The notes under the pieces are model-generated. The model worked only from the letters and a program-made list of their open reading frames with translations, was not told where the DNA came from and ran no database searches. From contig JANHCV010000003.1 of the NCBI GenBank assembly GCA_025594325.1, positions 992,001-1,056,000 of the forward strand: DNA of 64,000 bases, given 5' to 3'. Numbering within the stretch: position 1 is the first letter of the stretch; every line of letters starts with the position of its first letter. Below, piece after piece: positions 24,543 to 35,829 of the stretch. This DNA comes from Blastocladiella emersonii ATCC 22665. Its lineage: Eukaryota > Fungi > Blastocladiomycota. Both the position numbers and the translations under genes were made by a program.

Positions 24543-25248
24543 TCACGCTCGCCGAGGCGAGCGTGATCGACAGATTGATCGAGTGGCGCAACGCGAGGTG
24601 CCGCTCGCGTGACGCGATGCGCCAACCGGTCGAGGTCCCTCCACGCTCCGTGGCTCCGTATCCACGCCTAGATAACCAAGGTTCCTCAACGAAACCAAAC
24701 TTTCGGCATGGAGCGTAAAGTGCGCCCCCTCGTTCTGCATCGGGGGCTTACGGTCATCAAAGCTCAACCTTGCATGCCGACTCACGCTCACCAGTCCGAG
24801 CTTCGTCCCTGCACCGACACAAGTGAGGAGAACCGGATAATCGAGCATTGAGCGTCGCGGACGCAATGATATTGGTTTGAACTTCAAGATGAACAGATTT
24901 GTTGCAAACCTGTACTTGATTTTGAACTTGCACACGCGCAAATCGCATACTCGATGGCGGCGCTGAGCCGGACGACCAAACTTCGCCGAGTGCTTGAGAG
25001 CGGCTAGAATTTGCAGCGGTTAGTCGTCCATCGTCCAATTTATGCTTAAATTCCCACACTAACCAGGTCCTATGATCGTCTGCTCGTCCGAGCCGTGTCA
25101 CTGTTGCGGCGGACGCGTAAAGCGCTGCAAAACTCGCACCTGCCGGGACCGTGAAGCTTGATCGAGTCGGCGTCAGGCCGAGTTGTGCGCGTGTGGAGCA
25201 ATCAATGACGAGTTGGAGTACGCGTCCGGGCAGCCACGTAAGCGGCAT
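24543..25248 (-). pseudogene. Possible degenerate F-box/LRR-like gene
   Basis: N-terminal MPLTWLPGRVLQLVI resembles an F-box start (LP..V...I). A second frame gives an LRR-like LVSLRNLGYLGVD. A frameshift is needed to join them. Confidence 0.25.
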
Positions 25249-26343
25249 GGCGTCGATGGAAAGCTCGAGCAGAAGTGGACTGAGAAGCTGAGTGTCGCGA
25301 TCGTGACGAGTTGATGTCCGAAGCCACGACCAGCAGTTACTGAAGCTTAGTAGAGTGCAGCTCAAGTGCGATCCATGCCAGCTGCCGTGAGTGTGACACG
25401 CTGTATGAAGTTGCGGGGCGTGGAATCAAGGAGAGATCCCATTGCTGAAGACCAGCATGAGCTTTCGGCGATTCCGATAGATCCGCGACCCGCTGATCTG
25501 CCCGCTGATGGCCAAGTCGAGCAAGTATCGAGTGGCGAACCAGGCGTTCAACGGCAAGAGCTCCGGGAGCTGCTAAGGAAACCTTGTTCCAGCGTCGACG
25601 GCATGTTCAGCGAGCTTTCAGATCAGCGGCAGCGATGAGCTCGAATCGCATCTCGCGTTGAAGTGCACTTGGACGCGCGAATCAAAGAGGACGCGAGGCC
25701 GACACTGACACATTTTTAGCGAGTTACCGGTCACGGACGAACCGTTGCACCGGCCGCGAGCTGGACGCGCTCCCCAGATCATGGTCGAGCCCAAAGATCG
25801 GCTCTCGTGACAGCGATGAAGAGGCTGCAGCTTCGAAAACGAGCGGGGCAGCGGCAACCGAGTCGGGCGAAGCAAGATGTTGAGCAGCAAGTCTGCTCTG
25901 CGTAACGCAAGAAGGTGATTCAGGGCGGGCGGGGCCGATGACTGCGGAGGCGACCGTCGTGGCTCTCATCGAGTTGCGCATGTTTCCATCAGTGTGTTGC
26001 ATGAAGTTCATTGTGGTTTTATGAGGTGCAGTGGTGGTTGACGAGCAACGAGAGGAGCGGACCACCCGAGGAACGCGAGCGAGCTGCAACGTGATGTTCG
26101 AGGGGCCAAAGTAGCAACATACGCCGATCAAGGCCAAACTAGCAACTCAGAAACACCATGGTGGTTGCGCAGGAACACGAACTGTATTGAGTGGGGCAGG
26201 AACAGGGGGGAACACGCGCTCCAGGTATACACAGCACAGCTCGTCCTCTGACGACAGCGCGAACCACGCCGCCGCGGCGCGCACGAGATCGGGAGAAAAA
26301 CTTGAGCGAGCATGAGCGGCGATAGTCGGGGTCGAGAAGGCGC

Positions 26344-26673
26344 TTAGTCGAAGAGACCGAAGCCCATGTCGTCGTCCTCCTCCGACTCGGGCTCGGGCTC
26401 GGCCTCGGCGGCGGCGGGGGCGGCGGCACCACCGGCAGCGGGGGCACCGGCAGCGGCGACGGCGGCGCCACCAGCGGGGACCGAGGCGAGCTTGGTCTGG
26501 CCCTCGGCGATCACGTCCTCGACCGACTTGCCGGCGAGCTCGGACACGACCTTCTCGAGCTGCTCGACGTCGGCGTCGATGCCGACCGACGACAGGATGG
26601 CGGTGATGTCGGCGACCGAGGGGGCGGCGTTGCCACCGAGGACGGCGAGGAGGTAGGCAGCGATGTGCTTCAT
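26344..26673 (-). CDS. RPP2: 60S acidic ribosomal protein P2 (109 aa)
   Basis: [19 protein letters not shown] ... [13 protein letters not shown]-terminus. Confidence 0.97.
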   Translation of the reverse strand: MKHIAAYLLAVLGGNAAPSVADITAILSSVGIDADVEQLEKVVSELAGKSVEDVIAEGQTKLASVPAGGAAVAAAGAPAAGGAAAPAAAEAEPEPESEEDDDMGFGLFD

Positions 26674-27037
26674 GGTAACTACGAGGCGGGACGAGGGTGG
26701 CGGGTCAGCACGACGGGCCCGAGGACGCGCGCGCGAAATCGAGTGCGGGGAGCCGTACAGAAAGGAACAGGGGGAAGGGGGGGTGAAAGATTCCGCAACA
26801 ATTTAAGCCTTGAAAGACGCGCCGGGGAATAGGGAGCAGAAGAGAGTGCGCCGCGGCGGCCAAGTTGGTCGGGGGGCGAGCGCGGGTCGGCGTTTCGCTG
26901 CCGCCAAGCTGTTTGCGTCACGTGCGCCGTTGCCACCCCGCGTCTTCGCCATCTCCCGTTACACGATCCCTAATGTATGAATGAATCTAGAGCAGGGGGG
27001 TATTGATTGACACCGCGACAGCGCGCCGAGCCCACCA

Positions 27038-28728
27038 TCACCGGGCCATCTCCTGGGACTCGTAGGTGAGCCATGGCGCGACGTGGCGGTTGGACTTGAC
27101 CTTGATGACCATGCGGTCGCGCCCGTCGCGCGACGACCCGACGACAAGCCAGCGGCGGCGCTTGGCGCGGGCGAGAGGCCAGAAGGCGGGCCGCTCGACG
27201 TAGATGGCCTCGACGATCGGGTAGACGGAGGTGCGGCACTGGAAGTGGCGGATGACCTGCGACTCGCGCACGATGCCGCGGATCTGGATGTTGAGGAACT
27301 TGAAGAAGGCCGCGAGGTCCGTCGGCAGCGGGTGCGGCAGCGCCGCGAGCGCCGGGTCGTGGATGTCGTCCACCGACAGCAGCGGCCGGCACATGCGCAG
27401 CATAGTCTCGGTCAGCGGGTACCCGTTCGTGTCAATGACCTTGACGCTGGTGATGTTCCAGATGCACCGCAGCAGCAGGAACACGCGCAGGTACCCGAGC
27501 CCGCAGCACACGTCGCACGCGACCTGCTGCGCGTTCTGGCACGTCACGCACACGACGCGGCTGGTCCGCCGGTGGCACGCCGCGCACCGGACCCCCGCCG
27601 CGTCGACGCCGCGCCCGTTGCAGCCGCCGCACACGGCGGGCAGGCCGTGGCACGTCGGACACGCCATGAGCCGCGTCCCGCGGCAGTCGAGGCAGGTGCG
27701 GTACACGGCCGACTGAGGCTACACGGGCGTGCGTGCGCGCGCGCATGTCAGTCTCGCTCTTAGACCGCGATCATACGAGGCGAGAGCGTACCACTTCGAC
27801 CGAGATCTCGTACGGGTACGTCATGTCGTCGGGCAGGAGGTGGTCGACGTGGATATCCCACGGCTCGGGCGGCGGGCTCACGTTGACGTTGACGGGGGCG
27901 TCGACGTAGCGTGCAATCTCGGGGGTGACGACGAGCGGCTGCGTGCACCACGAGAGCCGGCGGTCCTCGACAATGAACTTGGCGGTGCCGACAAAGGCGT
28001 GGCTGATCAGGCACTTGGAGTACTGGCGCTTGTTGACGCCGTGGTCCTCGGCGAGCAGCTGCACCACCGACAGGATGCTGTTGCCCGTCAGGTCGTCAGC
28101 GGTGCTGTGCTGCGTGCCGGGCACCTTGGCCGCGAGCGCCGCGGCGGCCGCCTGCGCCTGCAGCGACGCGGTACTGGCAAAGTAGTCGTCGCCATCGCCG
28201 TCGCCGTCCACGAGGTAATCGTCATCGGCCGTGTTGGCCCGGCTGCGGCCCACGACGGGCGTGCCGGCAATCTCGCTGGCGCCGAGCGCGCTGTCGAGCG
28301 GGCCGAGCAGCGACGGCGACGGCGGGCCGATGATGCGCGAGGAGCGGTTGAGGTTGTGGGCGGGCAGCGGGATGGCGCCGGCGGACCGCGGCGCGTGGCC
28401 GAGGATCAGCGACTTGTTCCGGCGCAGGACGTGCGCGTCGTCGCCGTCCACGTCGTCCTCGACGGGCCGCAGCGGCTCGCCCGCGCGCCGCACCGACAGC
28501 GAGCGCAGGACGCGGTGCGTGATGTCGACGCGTGGCGGGACCGTGATTTCTACGAGGCCATCACAGGGGCGATCAGCGAGGGAACGGCGGGTCGGCCGGT
28601 CGTGCGCGCGAAGACAGCGTACCGCGGTTGAGCTTGGCGCCCTCGTAGCCGCGAAAGTGCGGGAGCGAGAGCCGCTGCAGCGTCACGGCGTGTGGCGGGA
28701 GGAGGATGGGCTGTACGACGGTCGCCAT
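27038..28728 (-). CDS. SSUH2-like protein with DnaJ-type CxxCxGxG zinc-finger repeats, 514 aa; complement(join(27038..27718,27792..28549,28623..28728))
   Basis: RRLSWCTQP..VDAP..PEPWDIHV, then EVPQSAVYRTCLDCRG, five CxxC pairs, LRVFLLLRCIWN and VYPIVEAIY. This parallels SSUH2 (SEWTFQP..VDGP..LWDIKV, VPHSSLVKECHKC, LHFIQLVIMWKN, IPLTEVHY) as recalled. Confidence 0.7.
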
Positions 28729-29282
28729 GGCGCGAGGTTGACGATGGGGTCGGGCGGAGCGACGGCGGGGGCCGCGGGGGCGGGCAGATGCACCAAGTCG
28801 GCGAGGACAGATCGGCGGTCCCGACGTGTTCTCGGCGAGCTCGAGACGGGCAAGCGCGGTCCGGGAGCGGGGCACGGGGCGGGCAGGCGGCACGCGACGA
28901 GCGGAGAAGGTTGACGCGGCGCACAGCTGTGGTGGCGCAGGCGGCGGGGTCGGGTGGCGGGTCGGCGCACAGGTTGACGCCGGGAGAGGGAGGAGAGACG
29001 ACGGCCCCCTCCCCCGCGCCTGACGGCGGCCGCGACGACGGGCGTCGTGCCGAGTGGGCCAGCCGGGCCGGCGGCTACCGGATGAAGTTTGCACGCAGTT
29101 GTTTCATACTTGGCCGCGCTGTGACGAGCCGCAGCCACTTCTTCCGCAGCGTCACTGTGGCACGGCGACCGGCGCGACCACGCGACGCGTCGGCTGCCGT
29201 GTGGTCGCTCGCTCGCCGTTTGCGCGTCCCTCCCGCTCTCTCCTCGCCTCCACAACAATACTTAGATGGACGTCCATGTAAC

Positions 29283-31609
29283 ATGCTGATCCAGGTCGAC
29301 CTCTTCTTCGCGTGCAAGGACCTGGTCGGGAACGGGCTCGGGTACAAGGTGGGGGCGACTGTGACCGTGACGGGTTCCCGCCGCAACGCTGACGCTGGCG
29401 CCGGCCCACAGTGTAACCCGGTGATCCTGCTGTACCTCGTCCCGCAGGAGGGCGTGCCGGTCCTGCTGGGCCGCACCGAGCGGATCGAGTGCGTACGCGC
29501 GCCGTGAGTGTCCGCGGCGGCGGCCGGCAAGCTCACCGATCGCGGCCCCCTGCCGTTTCTAGGGCGTCGACGCACCCCATGTTCACCACGCCCATCATGG
29601 TCGACTACTCGTTCGAGTCGACCCAGCTGCTGCGCGTCGTCGTGTACGTCTTCCCCCCAGTCACGCGCGCGTGTGTACTGCACCTGAACACCGCGCCCGA
29701 AGTCTAGACGCGCCGAGCGAGGCCACCGTTGACGGATACACGCTCCAGCACGTCCTAGGCGAGAAGGTTCGTCCCTCGCTCTCCCTCTCGGACGCGTCCC
29801 TCACCCACCGATCCCTCCCGTCACCAGGACTTTGCGTTCGGCGAGATGTTGCGCGCCGACTCGGGCATCTTCACCGTCAAGCCGGCCAAGCAGGGTCGCG
29901 CCGTTGGCCAGGTCGCCATCACCCCGGTCCCGCGCATCAACAGCGAGTCGCTGCAGTACGTCTCGAGTACCCGCCGTCGTGACCATGGACTCACGCGCCT
30001 GACTCGGTGTGTAGCCTCACGCTTGCCGGCGAGAAGCTCGACAAGAAGGGTGCGCGCTTCGTCTCCGCTCATGCGATAGCGATGCTGATGCTGATCCCGC
30101 CCGTCGAGCAGACTTCTTTGGCTCCTCGGACCCGTACTTTGTCGTGTACCGCCTGCTCGACAACGGGGAGAAGCACGAGGTGTACCGCAGCGAGACCATC
30201 ATGAACAACATCAACCCGACGTGGGACCCCGTCAAGCTCCCGCTCTCGCACCTCGTCAACGTGTCCGACCCGAGTACGCGCGTGCCCGCCATCCGTCCGT
30301 TGCCGTCTCACTCATCCGCCGCATCTATGCAGAGCACCTCGAGCGGTCCATCTGCATCACCGTCTTCGACTGGGACCGCGACACCGAGGACGACATCATT
30401 GGGTCGACCACGGTGCGCCTCGCCGCGCTCGTGTCGGGCGCCGCCTTCAGCCTCATCAACCACAAGAAGCTGCACAAGTCGCGCTACGAGAACTCGGGCA
30501 AGCTGTACGTCCGCCGCGCCGACACCGTCCGCGACTACAGCTTCACCGACTACCTGCGCGGCGGCGCCGAGATCTCGGTCGACGTCGCCATTGACTTTTC
30601 GTGTACGCTTCCTACGCGCTCGCGGACCATGGCCGGAGGCTGACTTTAAACGCGTCTAGCGCACAACGGCGGCGGTGGCGGCGCGGCGTCGCCCCACGAA
30701 CTCGACCCATCCGGCGCCTTCAACGACTACGAGCGCGCGCTCGACGCCGTCCTCACGGTCCTGCAGCCGTACGACGCTGACCAGCACATCCCCGTCTACG
30801 GGTTCGGCGCTACCATGCCCGGGTTCGCGCTCGACCGCAGCGACGACTTTCACGCGTCGGGCGACGCGAGCTCGGTACTCTTCGCGATCTCTGTCGATCC
30901 GCAAACTCGCTCACCACTTACACGACCTGCGCGACCTAGCCGTACGTGACGGGCAAACCCGAAGTCCTCGCCGCGTACCGACACGCCGCCAAGCTCGCGT
31001 CGCCGCTGCCCACGGCGCACCTCGCGTACGCCTTCTCCCACCACCACCATCCCCCTCCTCGCCCGCTCACCCCATCATCCTCTTCACAGCCCGATCATCA
31101 GCAAGTTCAGCTACACGCTCGAGACAACGCGCGCGTCGTCCCCGCTCGCGTACCACATCCTGCTGATCCTGACACAGGGCGCCGTGGCCGACGTGGACGC
31201 GATCGCGGCCGCGGTCCGCCACACCGCCGCCGCGAACCTCCCGCTCAGCGTCGTCGTCGTTGGCGTCGGGAACGGCGAGTTCGCGGACCTGCAGCGTCTC
31301 GACGCGACGCTGGTCCCGCGCGAGGTTGAGCCGGTGGCCGCGGACAAGAAGAAGTCGAAGAATAAGGAGGACAAGGCCGACGGCGACAACGCGGCCGCGG
31401 TCGCGCGCGACATCTTCCACTTTGTCCGGTTCAACGAGTTCGCGGGCCGCGACCGGAGCGAGCTCCTGACGCGCGGTACGTTTGCTTTTGCACTTAAACG
31501 ACAAGGAACCTGACATACGCGCGCGTGTGTAGAGCTCCTTCGCCAGATCCCGTCGCAGGTCGTCGACTACTTCCAGCGCGCGGGCGTGGTGCCGAACATC
31601 ATCGAGTGA
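29283..31609 (+). CDS. Copine (C2A-C2B-vWA), many short introns; inner exon boundaries only partly resolved
   Basis: LLGRTERI, VDYSFESTQLL, YRSETIMNNINPTWDPV, FDWDRDTEDDIIGSTT, YSFTDYLRGG..VAIDF, LQPYDADQHIPVYGFGA, YHILLILTQG, LPLSVVVVGVGNGEFADLQRLD, RDIFHFVRF, LLRQIPSQVVDYF. Confidence 0.93.
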
Positions 31610-31653
31610 GCGTTGCAAATATATGTCCATCGTAGCGATCCCCGCGCGACACA

Positions 31654-33225
31654 TCAGTAGTACCCTGCCGCGCCGCCCGCTCCCGCCCCCGCGCCCGCTC
31701 CGGCACCGGCACCGGCGCCGCCCTGCTGCTGCTGCTGCTGCTGCTGTTGCTGCTGCTGGTACGCCTGGAGGTAGTACTGGTAGTAGGCCGCGTACTCGGC
31801 GGATCCGGGCGCTGGTGCCGCGCGCGCTGCCGCTGCCGGGTCGGCAGGCTGCTGCATGGCCGCGGCAGCGTACGCCGCGTACGGGTCCGACGACACGGCG
31901 GCGGCGACGGGGGCAACCGATTCCGCGGCGGCCCATGGCGCCGCTCCTCCCGCTGCCACCGCACCCGGACCGTTGTCGTAGCCGTCGTGGTAGCTGTTGC
32001 CGCGCGACGGGTAGTCGCGGTCGCGGTCACCGCGGTCACCGCGGTCACCGCGGTCGCGGTCGCCGCCGCGGCGGTCGTCGTACCGGTCACGGCTGTCGAA
32101 GCGGTCGCGCCCACGGTCGCGGTCACGGTCGTCAAAACCGCCGCCGCCGCCGCCGCGCGACGCGGTGCCCGCGGCCCATGGTGGGATCGCGTCGCCGCCG
32201 CCCGGCGCACCGCCGCCCGCGGACATGGGCGCGAACGCCATGCGCGGGCCGGGACCCGCCCCACCGGCACCACCGCGGGCCCAGGGCGCCGCGCCGCCGG
32301 CCCCGGCGAACCCGGCCGAGGGACCGCCCGCCGCACTGCCGCTGGGCTGGATCGACGCGGGGTCAGCGCCGAGCTCGGCCATGAGACTCGCGTACTCGGC
32401 GTCGAGCTTGTTCTCGCGCTCGCGGACCTCGGCCATGGCCTCGGGGTTGTTGCGGGCCATGCAGTCGCGGGCCATGTGACCGGCGTTGCCGCAGATGCGG
32501 CAGATGATGTTGTTGGTGTAGTTGGCGCGCTCGGGGCAGTTGTAGCGCTTGTGGCCGATGCCGCCGCAGTTCTGGCACACCTGGTTCTCGTCGTCGCGCA
32601 GGGTGCCGTTGAGGGCGGCGAGGTCGCGCAGCTGCTTGCGCTTGAGCTCGTTCTCGGCCTCGGGGACCGTGGAGGCCGTCTCGATGATCTTGTTGACGAG
32701 CGCCACGCCGGCCTTGACCTTGGCCTCGGTGTCGGCGGTGATGAGGCAGTGCAGGTCCTCCTCCTGGTTCTGGTACGAGGTGGGCGCGCCCTTGCCCTCC
32801 TTGACGGACCCCTTGCCGCGGATCGCGATCTTGGCCAGCGAGTCGGCCTCCATCTGCTTGAGCGTCGACCCGCGCGGGCCGAGCAGCAGGCCAATGAAGT
32901 TGATGTCCGGGAACTCGCGCACGGGGATGTAGATCTTCTCCGTGAGGCGCGACGGGCGCTTGTACTCGGCGGGCGGCCGGTACGTCGGCTCCAGCGTCGT
33001 CATCATCGACACGAGCTTGTGGCGCTCGTCCTCGAGCTTCTTGCGGTACCGGTACTCGCGCGTGTTGACGCGCTTGCCGTCGGCCCCGTAGAAGGGCTCG
33101 GGCGACGGCGACCGCTCGGGCGTCGGCGGAATGTAGTCGCTGGTGCGCAGCAGCCGGCCGATCTCGTCGATGCGGATGTGGACTAGACGGCGGTGGGAGG
33201 TTAAGCGGCGGCGTCGGTGCAGGAA

Positions 33226-33260
<35 letters not shown>

Positions 33261-33508
33261 ACGTACACGCGGCGAGCGCAATCTGGTGGTTGGAGAGCGG
33301 CTCGACGTTGATGGTGCCCGGGAGCCCGAGCTGGGCCTGGCGGCCCCACCACGTCGGGCGCCGGCGCACGGGCTGGCGGCCGCGGTCTAGATGCGTGCGG
33401 GGGAACGGTGGGCGGGCGGTTAGAGAGGGAGGCAGGGCGGCGGTGAAGCAGGTCGTGATCCTCACCTTCGCCGGTTCCGCCGAATGCCGGCATGGTCGAA
33501 GCGCTCAT
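31654..33508 (-). CDS. MSL5: Branchpoint-binding protein SF1/BBP/Msl5; exons about 33466..33508, 33267..33386, 31654..33182
   Basis: ERSPSPEPFYGADGKRVNTREYRYR, KH domain INFIGLLLGPRGSTLK, QUA2 LKRKQLRDLAALNGTLRD, two zinc knuckles, Gly/Gln-rich tail. Confidence 0.96.
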
Positions 33509-33720
33509 TGCAGCGAGTGTGGTTCGTTGAGAGAGCAGGGATGGCTGCCCGAGGTGCTGAAGGGGGGAGCGCAGCAGCGGCCGCCGCGGCGCGCGAACGA
33601 CCCGGCGCGGCGCGACTCGCTCATCCGCGGCGTCAGGTGACGCATCCGCATGGGTTCCAGCATGGCGCGAATGGCGCGCGGATGGTACAGGAAAGGTATA
33701 GTATATCATCCCATCGTGTC

Positions 33721-35575
33721 TCAGCTCGCCGAGGCCGACGCAGGAGCGGCAGGCGCGGGCGGCGAGAGCAGAGCGTCGAAGCCGATCCACTCCCAGCACT
33801 CCATGACCTCGCCGCGGTGGCGCGTCGCGATCTGGCGCACGTTGGCGTCCGTGGCGATGGCGTCGTGCACGCGGCCCCACAGGGCTTCCCACTCGCCCGC
33901 CGAGACAAGGTGTCGGTCGAGGTACTGCCGCCGCGCCTCCTGCTGCACAGACGCGACCGCGAGGTAGCTGGCCCCGCCGCCCTCGCCCTCCTCCCCGGCG
34001 GCGGTCCCGCGGTCGCGCGCCTGCAGCCGCGCCACGACCGAGTCGTACACGCTCTCGGCCTGCGCGCGGAGCCACTCGCGGCGGCGGTACCGCGCGCGGA
34101 GCCGCGCCGCGGCCGCGACGGCGAGCACCCCGAGCGCGGCCTGCCGCCAGTACTGCTCGGCGGCGGCGCGCGTCGCGAGGCGGACCCGGCACACGAGCGG
34201 GTACTGCGGCGCCGCGGCGGACACGTACACGGTGGACTCGGCGTCGGCGGCCCACGCGGGACCCGCCGGAACGCGTCGGCGGCGCAGGTGCGTCGAGTAG
34301 GTGCTGGTGTCGAGCAGCTCGGGCAGCGCTTTCGCCACGTACACGTCGGCGCGGTCCGCGGGCCACTTTTGCGCGCGCGCGAGCGACTCGAGGCGCGACT
34401 TGAGCTCGGCGCCGCTGATCCACGGGACCGCGGTTTTGGATGAAGGCGAACCTGGAGTGGTGCGGTTCAGGCACTGCGCGGCGCCGGCCTCGGCGCGGAT
34501 CGACTGGATGGCGGCGTTGCACAGCAGGTCGACGCTGCGCCACAGCTCGGCGTCGGGCAGGCACGCGCGGCCAGAGCCGAACCACCCGGTGCGCCGCAGG
34601 ACGTGGTGCGTGTCCTGGCACCCGACGACCTGGCCGTGCTCGCACCGCGCGTGCGACGGGCACGGCTTGCACGTCGGCCACCAGTGCCCGACGAGGTCCG
34701 ACAGCCGGTACCCCGACGTCGTGGTACCGCTCGCCGCGGTTGCGCCCTCGTCCTCGACGACCGAGACGGCGAGGTGCGAGCAGTACCCGGCGCGCCGCGC
34801 GGCGAGAATGTACGACGCAGCGAGGATCGACAGCGCGAGGAAGCCGAGGATCCGCAGCGCGTCAATCACAAAGTCGACGCCGTCGCGCGGCCGCGCCCGC
34901 CGCGATTTCCGCCGCACCGACTCGGTCGCGTCGAAGAAGGCGCGCCGGTGGCCATCGTCGGGCGAGTCGGGCTTGCTCTTGGCCTCGTGGCGCGTCGCGG
35001 TAGGACCTGGCGCTGTGCTGGCAGCGGGCCGTCGCACGGAAGCCGGCGGCCGGCGGACCGTGGCCGAGCTCGAGCCCGCCGACACGGACTCGGGCGTCCA
35101 CTTGACGCCGACGGGCGTCTGCGTGACGGGCAGCCGGGGCTGCAGCATGGGCGCGGGTGGCGGAACGACGGCAGGCGGAGGTGGTTGCGCGCGGTTGAAG
35201 CGGATCGTCGCGACGGGGCTCGGCGCGTTCTCTGGCGGGACAGCCGGATGGCGCGGCCGTGGCGTCTGCATGGGCGACGCGGCGGAAGCCGACGCGTGCG
35301 TCAGAGGAACATGCCAGTGATGGTGATGATGCGAGGTGCGGGCGTAGACCATGTCGTTGAAGAGCCGCTCGAGGTCGGGGCGGCGCAGGCCCGGCGGCGG
35401 CGGCGCGCCAGAGTACCGCGTGATCCATCGCTCCAGGTCCCACTTGGTCGCCTGCGACACGTTGAAGTTGTCTGCGCGTGAAGTAGAGGACGGGCGTCAG
35501 TCTGGCGCGGCGGGACGGCGATCCATCGACGGGTCGGCACGCACCCCTGAGCCAGGGCTCTGCGTCGCCGTCCAT
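33721..35575 (-). CDS. SRC1: Inner nuclear membrane Src1/Heh/Man1-family protein; complement(join(33721..35471,35545..35575))
   Basis: N-terminal HeH/LEM-like PWLRDNFNVSQATKWDL; TM1 and luminal CKPCPSHARC..C; TM2; C-terminal MSC winged helix LWGRVHDAIATDANVR..MECWEWIG. Confidence 0.85.
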
Positions 35576-35829
35576 GGCGGCGGCGGGTACGCGTCGTTGA
35601 TCAGCAGCTTGTCAGCGCCGGATGCGAAGAGTTACATGGGGGCCGCGATGGCCGTCGTGGTGAGGAGTTGAGGAGGGGGAGAGCGAGCGAAGACGCACGG
35701 CGGGCTGAGCCGCGACCCGACCACGACCGACCGCGGCCACGTCGGCCCTCGTCTTCCCTCGACTCGACCCATCTGTCCACCACCCACGGATCGCGCCTGA
35801 ATGAATCCCGACCCCATGCATCGTCACCC

